Shown one piece after another: positions 28,532-36,398 of a stretch of 56,451 nt of DNA (position 1 is its first letter; every line of letters begins with the position of its first letter). The stretch comes from Candidatus Binatia bacterium (lineage in GTDB: Bacteria > Desulfobacterota > Binatia > UBA9968), in the NCBI GenBank assembly GCA_041490745.1, contig JBGPTS010000001.1, forward strand, positions 1-56,451, in the 5' to 3' direction. The translations under genes were made by a program, and so were the position numbers. The notes under the pieces are model-generated. The model made no database searches, had not been told where the DNA came from, and worked only from the letters and a program-made list of their open reading frames with translations.

Positions 28532-28999
28532 ATGGCCGCGCGCTTTCGCATCAACCAACCTCACGTCTTGCACGAGACTATCGACGGAGAGGTCGTCATC
28601 ATCAACCTCGACACGGGGAACTACTACAGCCTTCGCAACAGCGGCGCCTCCGTGTGGAGCGCCATCGAAGGCGGCGCCGGAATGCAAGAGATCGCCGCCG
28701 CGTTCAGGCGCAAATACCGAGCGGATACGGACGCATTGCAGGACTTGCTGGCGAAATTCATCGGCCAATTGCAGAGCGAAGGGCTGATCGAGCCGTGCGA
28801 CGACTCCGAGGCGTCGGCGAAGCTCTATCCTGCCGGCGATGAGAGCGCGCCCACGCAACCGGAGCCGTTCGATCCGCCGGTGCTGGAAAAATTCGACGAT
28901 ATGCAGGATTTGATCCTGCTCGATCCGGTGCACGAAGTTGACGATGAAAAAGGCTGGCCCCACCCCAAGCGTTCCGGCAAGCGCGAGATCAAATCCTAA
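28532..28999 (+). CDS. PqqD-family protein (RiPP-recognition-element fold) with a roughly 65-aa acidic C-terminal extension
   Basis: HVLHETIDGEVVIINLDTGNYYSLRNSGASVWSAIEGGAGMQEIAAAFRRKYRADTDALQDLLAKFIGQLQSEGLIE matches the PqqD pattern of a beta-hairpin followed by a three-helix bundle. No pqqA/B/C/E genes are nearby. Confidence 0.8.
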   Translation: MAARFRINQPHVLHETIDGEVVIINLDTGNYYSLRNSGASVWSAIEGGAGMQEIAAAFRRKYRADTDALQDLLAKFIGQLQSEGLIEPCDDSEASAKLYPAGDESAPTQPEPFDPPVLEKFDDMQDLILLDPVHEVDDEKGWPHPKRSGKREIKS

Positions 29000-29030
29000 T
29001 GCGCTTCGCGTCCCGGGGAAACAGTTTTCG

Positions 29031-29861
29031 ATGCGCGCCTACGCCCAGACGAATCTCCAACTTTACGATCAGCTTTGCCGCGACGGTTATTCCGACCGCG
29101 ATATTTCCCTCGTCCGCTGCGCTTATGATCTCGCTATGCGCCTGTTCACCTGCCTCATGCTTCCCTCGGGCAAACTCTTCATCGACCACCTCGTAGGCAC
29201 GGCCAGTGTTCTCGCTGCTCTGCGCGCGCCGATCGAGGTCGTAGCCGCCGGTCTGATTCACGCGGCCTATTTCAACGGGGACTTCGGCACGATAAGAACC
29301 GGCGTCACCGACGCGAAACGCAAAGAGATTAGAAACAAGCTCGGCGCAAACCTGGAGGTATATGTCGCCCGATACCACGCCATGAGCTGGGACTCGAAGA
29401 CCATCCCGGCGATTCGCGACGGTGTCGGTGACCTCGACCGCATCGGGCGTTACGTTCTTTTGATCCGACTGGCGAACGAGCTCGAGCACCGGCTGGACTT
29501 CGCCGACGTCTACGCCGACAATGCGGAGTGGTTTCGGGCTTACAAGGAGCGCTACCTTCCCATGATAATCGACATGGCTAACGGGTTGGGCTTCCCTGCT
29601 TTGGCCGCGGAACTTGCGGAAGCGTTCAACGAAGCCGCCTCAGGAGAGATTCCGCCCGAAGCGCGGAGCCGGAGCGGCGAGCCGCGTTCGTACCTCGTCG
29701 CGCCCGAGTCTTATTGCAAGCGGCGCGGCCTCGCGCTCGCTCACGAATGCGCCGGCGCGATCCGTCGGCTACGCGTGGCCGTCGGTTTGCGGACAAGGCT
29801 TCGACGTCTAGCCGGCCGGTTTGCAAGCGGCAGGCGCGCCCTTGGTCATAGCCCGAGGTAA
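29031..29861 (+). CDS. HD-fold-like protein, degenerate metal dyad (H77-A78), paralog 1
   Basis: FIDHLVGTASVLAALRAPIEVVAAGLIHAAYFNGDFG resembles the RelA/SpoT-type HD hydrolase core (H...HD), but HD is replaced by HA. The start was chosen at ATG 29031 by alignment with paralog 2. Confidence 0.6.
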   Translation: MRAYAQTNLQLYDQLCRDGYSDRDISLVRCAYDLAMRLFTCLMLPSGKLFIDHLVGTASVLAALRAPIEVVAAGLIHAAYFNGDFGTIRTGVTDAKRKEIRNKLGANLEVYVARYHAMSWDSKTIPAIRDGVGDLDRIGRYVLLIRLANELEHRLDFADVYADNAEWFRAYKERYLPMIIDMANGLGFPALAAELAEAFNEAASGEIPPEARSRSGEPRSYLVAPESYCKRRGLALAHECAGAIRRLRVAVGLRTRLRRLAGRFASGRRALGHSPR

Positions 29862-29865
29862 CAGC

Positions 29866-30627
29866 ATGGAACGGCATCCCCAGACCTATATGCAGCTCTT
29901 CAATCTGCTTCAGCGGGAAAGCTACGGGGTCGATGAGCTCGTCCGCGTACGCGCTGCCTATGAACTCGCAATGCGGTTGTTTACCGGGTTTTTTATCGGC
30001 TCCGGGAGGACACAAATCTCCCACATTGTGGGCACCGCCGGTATTCTGGGCTCGCTCCGCGTTCCGGCGGAAGTCGTTGCGGCCGCACTGATACACAACG
30101 TCTACGAGAACGGCGACTTCGGCGACGGGACACACGGCGCCACGGAGGCAAGGCGGAAAGAGGTCAAGCATGCCGTCGGGAGCAACGTTGAAGGGTACGT
30201 TTACAGATTTTCCGCACTGCGGTGGGATCTAGAAACCATTCCTGCGATCCCCGATCGCGTCGATAGCCTCGATGCGATCGATCGCGGTGCGCTTTTGATT
30301 CGGTTGGCGGACCAACTCGAGCACCACCGGGATCTTGGCGGCTTTTACTATCATGCGGGAGTCCAGAGGTGCCGCGAGTTTGTCGAGCGCAACGGCGATT
30401 CGATGGTAGATTCAGCCGAGAAACTCGGTTTTCCCGCTCTTGCCGCCGAGCTGCGACAGGTTTTTCGAGAAACCCTTGAGGCTGATGTTTCGCCTGAGAT
30501 GCCGGGCTGCCGGCATTCGGGTCTCGTGCCGCCCCAATCATACCGCACGCGCATACCCCTACGCCTCCGCCAAAAGCTCGCGCGCGAGCTTCGCATCTTG
30601 CGTTGGGCTCTACTCTCCCCCGAGTAA
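29866..30627 (+). CDS. HD-fold-like protein, degenerate metal dyad (H77-N78), paralog 2
   Basis: ISHIVGTAGILGSLRVPAEVVAAALIHNVYENGDFGDG. Collinear with paralog 1 along the whole length, and starts 4 nt after its stop. Confidence 0.6.
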   Translation: MERHPQTYMQLFNLLQRESYGVDELVRVRAAYELAMRLFTGFFIGSGRTQISHIVGTAGILGSLRVPAEVVAAALIHNVYENGDFGDGTHGATEARRKEVKHAVGSNVEGYVYRFSALRWDLETIPAIPDRVDSLDAIDRGALLIRLADQLEHHRDLGGFYYHAGVQRCREFVERNGDSMVDSAEKLGFPALAAELRQVFRETLEADVSPEMPGCRHSGLVPPQSYRTRIPLRLRQKLARELRILRWALLSPE

Positions 30628-30628
30628 T

Positions 30629-31378
30629 ATGCGTGTCGTCGTCACCGGCGCAGCGGGTCGTATCGGGACTCAAATCGTTGAGGAGCTTTCCGAATCGCAC
30701 GAATTACGTCTTATCGACCGCCTGCCCGTGCCCGGGCGCGAATCGGTCGTGGCCGATCTCGTACGCGTCCGCCCGGGTTTCTTTCGCCGCCTATGGCACG
30801 CTTCCAGCCGTGCCCTTTGGGAGAAAACCTTCGAAGCCGCGGAGGTGGTCGTTCATCTCGCCGGCGAAGCTGATCCCGACGCGCCGCGGCGTCGTCACCG
30901 TCGCGACAATATAGTGGCAACGCGAAATCTCCTCGAGGCGGCAGCGCGCCACCGGGTGCGCCGCGTCGTATTTGCCAGCTCGAACTGGGTGGTGCGCGGG
31001 CAGGAGCAGGAATTGGCCCCGGCGTGTTATTCGCCGGAGGGACCGAAGATCGGCTCGGATGCTCCACCGCGGCCCGTAAACGCGTACGGCCTCTCAAAAG
31101 CGCGCGGAGAATCGGCCGGCCGCGCATTCGTCGATAGCGGGAAACTCCACTCGTTTGTCGCCGTGCGAATCGGCTCGTTTCTTCCCGCGCCGCCGGCGGA
31201 CGAGAGAATCCACCGCTGGATCGGCACGGACGATCTCCGAAGCCTGCTCAGGCGGTGCATCGAAGCGGAATTCGACGGCTTTCATGTCGTTTACGGAGTT
31301 TCCGCTCAATTGGAAACACCCTTCGATCTGTCGCACACGCGCCGCCTGCTCGGCTGGAAGCCGCGGCAGTTGCCGTGA
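30629..31378 (+). CDS. NAD(P)-dependent epimerase/dehydratase (extended SDR) family protein
   Basis: MRVVVTGAAGRIGTQIV Rossmann motif and catalytic YGLSK (YxxxK). The ATG lies 1 nt after the upstream TAA. The listed ORF 30440-31378 is over-extended. Confidence 0.85.
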   Translation: MRVVVTGAAGRIGTQIVEELSESHELRLIDRLPVPGRESVVADLVRVRPGFFRRLWHASSRALWEKTFEAAEVVVHLAGEADPDAPRRRHRRDNIVATRNLLEAAARHRVRRVVFASSNWVVRGQEQELAPACYSPEGPKIGSDAPPRPVNAYGLSKARGESAGRAFVDSGKLHSFVAVRIGSFLPAPPADERIHRWIGTDDLRSLLRRCIEAEFDGFHVVYGVSAQLETPFDLSHTRRLLGWKPRQLP

Positions 31379-31390
31379 TCCGTGGTCGCT

Positions 31391-32479
31391 TCATTTCTGC
31401 CGCGGATCGCGCAGGGCCGCGTCCGGCACTTTAAGCTCCCCGCGGCGCAAGAGCTTGACGGCGTTGACGAGGCAGCGCGCCGCGTTGCGCACCTCTTCGT
31501 GCAAATCCGTGTCTTGGTCGAGATCTTCGTGGCTGGTCGCGTACGGTTCGTAGTACCCGATATAGCTGCCGACCATTGCGCTGTAACCCGCGGGGATGAG
31601 GCCGATGTCCTGGAGCCAGTCCGTTAATATGCGCCGCAGATTCTCGACGCCCGCGGCGTCGCCGTGCACGACGACGGAAAAAACCCTTCCGGCGAGATGG
31701 CGCGGATAGTCCCAGCCCTTCAACTCCAATTCCTTCGCGCGCTGCGGATTTTTTCCGCCGGTGGAAGTCGGGTCGGGGTTGCCTCCGTCGGCGCAGACGA
31801 GCCGATCGATCATGAGCTTGAGCGTGCTCGGCGCCTGATACCAGTTCACCGGGCAGACGATCATCACGCCGTGCGCCGCGGCCCAGCGCGGATAAATCTC
31901 CGCCATCCAGTCGCCCGTCTGTCCCATCGCGTGGTTCGGATAGCACGAGCACGGCCAATTGCAGAGCGGCATCGCGGTCGAGACGCACGCCTTGCACGGA
32001 TAGATGACGCGGCCGTACTCCGACGTGAGGCGGCTGAGATCGAGAATATCCACGTCGAAGCCCGCTTCTTTCGCAATCGCCTTTTGCGCCATCGTCACGA
32101 GACGGAACGTTTTCGACATTTCTCCCGGACAGCTCTGGTCGCTGCGCGACGAGCCGTTGACGATCAGGATACGCGCGCGCGATTTGGGATCTTTTTGCTT
32201 TTTCTCGGCTTCGTGAATCGCCTTGCGCGTCTCCAGCCATTCCACCGGAAGCTCGAAGTTCGGATCGGCGAAACCGCGTCCCGCTACACGCACGCGCGGG
32301 CTCTTGCGGTACTTGTCGTATCCCTCCCACGCGGTCTCCAGGATTTTTTGAATTTCGCCGTCAACACCTTTGAATGCCGGATCGTAGAAGCGCGCGCGGA
32401 AGCGTTCGACGAACTCGTCTTTAGTTACTTGAGCGCTCGGCATGCCTTTTCGGACTTTGATCTTGGCGGGCTTGGCCAT
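31391..32479 (-). CDS. flavodoxin-fold NAD(P)H-dependent FMN reductase / iron-sulfur flavoprotein-like protein
   Basis: RILIVNGSSRSDQSCPGEMSKT and a Cys-rich CKACVSTAMPLCNWPCSC segment. ATG at 32479 is preceded by GGAGG with a 6-nt spacer. Confidence 0.8.
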   Translation of the reverse strand: MAKPAKIKVRKGMPSAQVTKDEFVERFRARFYDPAFKGVDGEIQKILETAWEGYDKYRKSPRVRVAGRGFADPNFELPVEWLETRKAIHEAEKKQKDPKSRARILIVNGSSRSDQSCPGEMSKTFRLVTMAQKAIAKEAGFDVDILDLSRLTSEYGRVIYPCKACVSTAMPLCNWPCSCYPNHAMGQTGDWMAEIYPRWAAAHGVMIVCPVNWYQAPSTLKLMIDRLVCADGGNPDPTSTGGKNPQRAKELELKGWDYPRHLAGRVFSVVVHGDAAGVENLRRILTDWLQDIGLIPAGYSAMVGSYIGYYEPYATSHEDLDQDTDLHEEVRNAARCLVNAVKLLRRGELKVPDAALRDPRQK

Positions 32480-32498
32480 CGAGCACCTCCGGGAAAAT

Positions 32499-32596
32499 AA
32501 GGACGAAGGATAAAGGATGACGGATGAAAAAGACAACTCTTTGTTCGGGATGACGGAGGCTTTTTTTTCATCCTTCCGCCCTCATCCCTCATCCTT
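32499..32596. repeat. intergenic purine-rich GGATGA(N)GG repeats in inverted orientation around a T8 tract
   Basis: aaggatgacggatga / ggatgacggagg on the left, then tttttttt, then catccttccgccctcatccctcatcctt on the right. Confidence 0.45.
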
Positions 32597-32624
32597 GGCG
32601 GGCGTGTTTTTTTCGGAGCGGGGA

Positions 32625-33350
32625 CTACGGCATCTCTTCGAGAAGCCTGCCATAACCTTTGACCGGCTGCCTGACGTGTAGCAGCTTCTCGACAGCCCAG
32701 ACTCGCGCCGGCACCGGATGGACGACGGGGACCTGAAGATCTTCTTCGAGCAAATGGATAATATCCAGCGTGCGCCAGCCCGAGCCCAGCATGTAAATCG
32801 CCTCGGCGCCCGGATGTTTCAAAAAAGCCTTTTTCGTGTGGGCGTAAACTTCCTGAGACGCGAGCCGGCCCACCTCTTCGAACGCGACGGGAATTCCTTC
32901 CATTGCCATCACGTCGAAGCCGGCGTCTTTGAAGTAGGCGGAGAATGTGTCGTTGATCTTGCCGGTGAAGTAGGTCACGCCGACGAATCTTTTTATCTTG
33001 AGCGCCTGCAAGGCCTGGACCTGCGTCTGGCTCGCGGTCACGATCGGCAAGTTATATTTCTTTTCCCAGCCTCTGACGATCTCCGCCTCGCCCTTGAAGC
33101 CATGAACCATAAAAGGCGGCGCGCCCTCGGGGTGAATGAGATCGACGCCAAGCCCGGCAAGTTCGGCGACGCGCTCCTCGTAGGCGCGCAGAGCTTCGCG
33201 AAATTCATTCTCGTCGCCGCGCTGAAAGCCGACAAAGAGCGGAATCACACCGATGCCGTCGGGCAAAAGCTTGATGAACTCTTCCAGCGATCCCGGTCGA
33301 TGCGTGGGCTTAATTAAACCAACGACTCCTCTCCAGCTTGTGTAAGACAT
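32625..33350 (-). CDS. Asp/Glu/hydantoin racemase superfamily protein (maleate isomerase / arylmalonate decarboxylase-like)
   Basis: MSYTSWRGVVGLIKPTHRPG... is typical of the maleate isomerase/AMDase family. The listed 462-aa ORF is an Arg-rich over-extension; the ATG is at 33350. Confidence 0.8.
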   Translation of the reverse strand: MSYTSWRGVVGLIKPTHRPGSLEEFIKLLPDGIGVIPLFVGFQRGDENEFREALRAYEERVAELAGLGVDLIHPEGAPPFMVHGFKGEAEIVRGWEKKYNLPIVTASQTQVQALQALKIKRFVGVTYFTGKINDTFSAYFKDAGFDVMAMEGIPVAFEEVGRLASQEVYAHTKKAFLKHPGAEAIYMLGSGWRTLDIIHLLEEDLQVPVVHPVPARVWAVEKLLHVRQPVKGYGRLLEEMP

Positions 33351-33394
33351 AATTCGTGCTCGTGTTCGTCGCTCGTGCTCGCGTCGAAATGCAA

Positions 33395-34870
33395 TCAGAC
33401 CCCCGCAAGGATCTTCCCGAACTTCGCCTTCAGCTTCGCCCTTAGCTCCGGACTCACATCGACGACCGTGGGGAATTTTCCCTTGAGCTTGCGCTCGTAC
33501 GGGATGCAGGCGTCGATAAGAATACGGTTGTTGAAGTTTCCCGGCAGAAACATCGGGTCGCGCCCGGACGACCACGCCCGCTGGATCGTGTCGATGCCGG
33601 TCATCGGATCGAATCGCGTGCACATCGCCCACAGAACCTGATCGATGTCCGAGCAGTCGATGTCCTCGTCCACCACGACCGTCCATTTGCCGTTGTAGGC
33701 GCCGGCGGCGCACGACGACGCGACGTGGAGCACGTTGCGCGTGTGGCCGGGATAGCGCTGGTGGATTTGAATCGCCGTGAATCGCGTCGCCGGCCCGCCC
33801 TCGTGATTCCACACGCCGAGAATTTCCGGCAGGCCGCAGGCTTCGAGCGCGGCCCAAATCTCCGCCGCTCCGCCGATGCCCTTGAGCAATCCGGTTTCGT
33901 CCACCGGCTTGTGCTGCGGCGCGCAGGTAAGAATCGGATCGTCGCGGTAGAGCACTGTCTTCACGTCGATGTACGGCCGCGGCACCACGTCGTCGGAGTA
34001 ATAGCCCATCCATTCGCCGAACGGCCCTTCGGGTTTCACGTGGCCGGGAACCGCGTCGCCTTCAATCACAATCTCTGCATCGGCCGGAATCGGAAATCCG
34101 GTGTACGGGCCTTTGACGACTTCGACCGGCTCGCCGCGCAGCCCGCCCGCGAAATCGTATTCGGAGACGCCGCGCGGCAGCGGACTTGCCGACAACATAT
34201 ATAGCAGCGGGTCCTGGCCGCATACGACGGCGACCTTCATGCTCTGGCCGCGCTCGAAATATTTGTCGCGGTGAATCCGGCCGTGCTTGCCTTCGGTGAT
34301 CTGACAGCCGACCGTCTTGCCGTCATAAACCTGGCAGCGATAGGCGCCGAGATTGTACCAGTCGGTGTCGGGGTCTTTGGTAATGACGAGATCCGCCGTG
34401 CCGATGTAGCGCGCTTGATCGAGCTCGTGATGGATCGGCACGGGAAACTTGAGGACATCGACGTCGTCGCCTTCGAGAACGTGATCGAGAATCGGCCCGT
34501 GCTTCAAGAACTTCGGCTTCAAGAAGCTCATGTTCTGCATGCGCTCGTGGTAGGCCTTGACGATGTCCGACTTGCGCTCGTACTCGAGCGGCAGGCCGAG
34601 CGTCAGCGCGACGCGCTTGATCGAAGAAAACTGTCCATAGAGCGTGCGAAAGCCTTTCGGGTAGCCGGGAACCTCGTCGAAGAGAATCGCCGGCGCCTTT
34701 CCTTTGCTCGACTGCGTGAGAAGCTGCGTCGTCGCGCCCATCTCGCGGTCCCAGTGAGCGCCGTTGATTTTCAAAAGCTCGCCGAATTTATCGACCCGCT
34801 CGAGCCAATCGCGCAGGCCGCGATACGCCACTTGCGGCTCCGACATTCTCGCTTTTTCCGGCCGTGCCAT
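33395..34870 (-). CDS. UbiD-family (prenyl-FMN-dependent) decarboxylase, copy 1
   Basis: UbiD hallmarks are present (YRGLRDWLERV..., EGPFGEWMGYY). ATG at 34870 is preceded by AAGGAGAAGG. Confidence 0.9.
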   Translation of the reverse strand: MARPEKARMSEPQVAYRGLRDWLERVDKFGELLKINGAHWDREMGATTQLLTQSSKGKAPAILFDEVPGYPKGFRTLYGQFSSIKRVALTLGLPLEYERKSDIVKAYHERMQNMSFLKPKFLKHGPILDHVLEGDDVDVLKFPVPIHHELDQARYIGTADLVITKDPDTDWYNLGAYRCQVYDGKTVGCQITEGKHGRIHRDKYFERGQSMKVAVVCGQDPLLYMLSASPLPRGVSEYDFAGGLRGEPVEVVKGPYTGFPIPADAEIVIEGDAVPGHVKPEGPFGEWMGYYSDDVVPRPYIDVKTVLYRDDPILTCAPQHKPVDETGLLKGIGGAAEIWAALEACGLPEILGVWNHEGGPATRFTAIQIHQRYPGHTRNVLHVASSCAAGAYNGKWTVVVDEDIDCSDIDQVLWAMCTRFDPMTGIDTIQRAWSSGRDPMFLPGNFNNRILIDACIPYERKLKGKFPTVVDVSPELRAKLKAKFGKILAGV

Positions 34871-34880
34871 GACCTTCTCC

Positions 34881-35741
34881 TTAATAACCGGCGGCGGCGC
34901 GGCCCTTGGGCGCGGCCGTAACGGAAAATCCCTGTTTGAGCCACCACTCGGCGACTTCGCTCCCGGTCGCAAACCAGACGCCTTCGCGCTGCTCCATGTA
35001 GCGGATGATCTCCCTCAACGCCCCCGCCCTGCCCGGCCGGCTCGATATATAAGGATGGAACTGAAACGTGCAGAACGTAGGCGTCGTCTTCGATTCTTCG
35101 TAAAGATCGTCGAAGAAAGATTTCCAGACGACGAGCGTGTCATGCGGGTTTCCCGAATCTCTGTGGCCGTAGGTTCTGCCGTCGCCGAAGGGCTGGCGGG
35201 GCAGCTCGACGATCTCCCCTCCTCCGTTGCTCCATACAAACGGAAGATCGTGCGAGAACGAATTGCTGTTCCAGAGGTATCCCTGCTCGATGAGCAGCTC
35301 CAAGCTGTTGGGGCTCTGGGTGCAGGAACGCCACCCTGCCGGTCGCTTTCCGGTTCGGCTCTGGATCATGTCCGTTGCGCGCCGGATCACGTCCTTCTCT
35401 TCCTCGCGCGACAGATCGCGGGCAACTTCATGATGGTAGCCGTGGCCGGCGACCTCGTGGCCATGCTGGACGATTGCCCGGGTCGCTTCCGGATATCTCT
35501 CGGCGATCCCGCCGCAGGTCATAAACGTCGCTTTGACCTTCGTCTCGTCCAGGATTCTGAGAATCCGCCAGATTCCGGTTTTTGGACCATACTCTGCTTG
35601 CGTGTATTCCTCGTGATTGATTTTGCCGTTGGGTAGAGGCCTGACGTCCTCGCCGCCTTGAAAGTCGAACGTCAGCGCCACCGCAATCCGGCAATCATCG
35701 GGCCAGAAAATGTTTCCCTGCGCGTGATTCTCGGTCAGCAT
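34881..35741 (-). CDS. polysaccharide deacetylase (NodB-homology / PuuE-like) family hydrolase
   Basis: IAVALTFDFQGGED, HGHEVAGHGYHHE and WNSNSFSHDLP motifs. ATG at 35741 is preceded by AGGAGGG. Confidence 0.85.
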   Translation of the reverse strand: MLTENHAQGNIFWPDDCRIAVALTFDFQGGEDVRPLPNGKINHEEYTQAEYGPKTGIWRILRILDETKVKATFMTCGGIAERYPEATRAIVQHGHEVAGHGYHHEVARDLSREEEKDVIRRATDMIQSRTGKRPAGWRSCTQSPNSLELLIEQGYLWNSNSFSHDLPFVWSNGGGEIVELPRQPFGDGRTYGHRDSGNPHDTLVVWKSFFDDLYEESKTTPTFCTFQFHPYISSRPGRAGALREIIRYMEQREGVWFATGSEVAEWWLKQGFSVTAAPKGRAAAGY

Positions 35742-35879
35742 GGGTGTCGCCCTCCTGTAGACATTGTTTGCCGGTTCTTCGCCTGACATACAACGTTCAC
35801 TGAAGCAAGTCCACCGCGCGAGCGCGCCTTGATTTCGATTCGGTCCCGAACCTATACTCCGGGCGCTAGGAGGCCGCCC

Positions 35880-36386
35880 ATGTTCCCCCACCTGAAAAAC
35901 TTCAACTTGAAGCAGTGGATCGAAGAGAACCGCGGCGACTGGGGCCCGCGGCGGGTCATATGGAAAGATTCGGATTTCATCGCCTTCGTCACGCGCGGGC
36001 CGAACAGCCGGAAGGATTTTCATATCGACCCCGGCGATGAAATTTTTTTTCAACTCGAAGGCGAGCTGAACCTTCACTTCATGGCGCCGGGGAAAAAACA
36101 CGAGATCGCGGTCCTCAAGCAGGGCGACATGTTTCTCCTGCCGGCGACCGTGCCGCATTCGCCGCGAAGAGGCGAAGGCTCATGGACCTTCGTGGTCGAG
36201 CGCAAGCGCCGTCCCGAAGAACAGGACCTTTTCGTCTGGTTTTGCGAAAAATGCGGCAACAAGCTTTACGAAACTGCCGTTCGCTTCAACGACCCGACCG
36301 ACGCGGTCAAGACGGCCACCGACACAATCCGCTCCGACGTGAAGCTCCGCACCTGCCGCGAATGCGGCGATGTCCTGGCGGCGTAA
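35880..36386 (+). CDS. nbaC: 3-hydroxyanthranilate 3,4-dioxygenase
   Basis: Cupin core DFHIDPGDEIFFQLEGEL...GDMFLLPATVPHSPRR plus a C-terminal rubredoxin-like CEKCG...CRECG site, as in bacterial HAO. AGGAGG lies 7 nt upstream of the ATG at 35880. Confidence 0.9.
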   Translation: MFPHLKNFNLKQWIEENRGDWGPRRVIWKDSDFIAFVTRGPNSRKDFHIDPGDEIFFQLEGELNLHFMAPGKKHEIAVLKQGDMFLLPATVPHSPRRGEGSWTFVVERKRRPEEQDLFVWFCEKCGNKLYETAVRFNDPTDAVKTATDTIRSDVKLRTCRECGDVLAA

Positions 36387-36398
36387 ATCGGCGCCCAG

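Noticed and set aside
28532-28999. PqqD interpreted as part of PQQ cofactor biosynthesis.
   Set aside because: No pqqA peptide, pqqB, pqqC or radical-SAM pqqE is present anywhere in the window. The context is kinase and glycosyltransferase genes instead.
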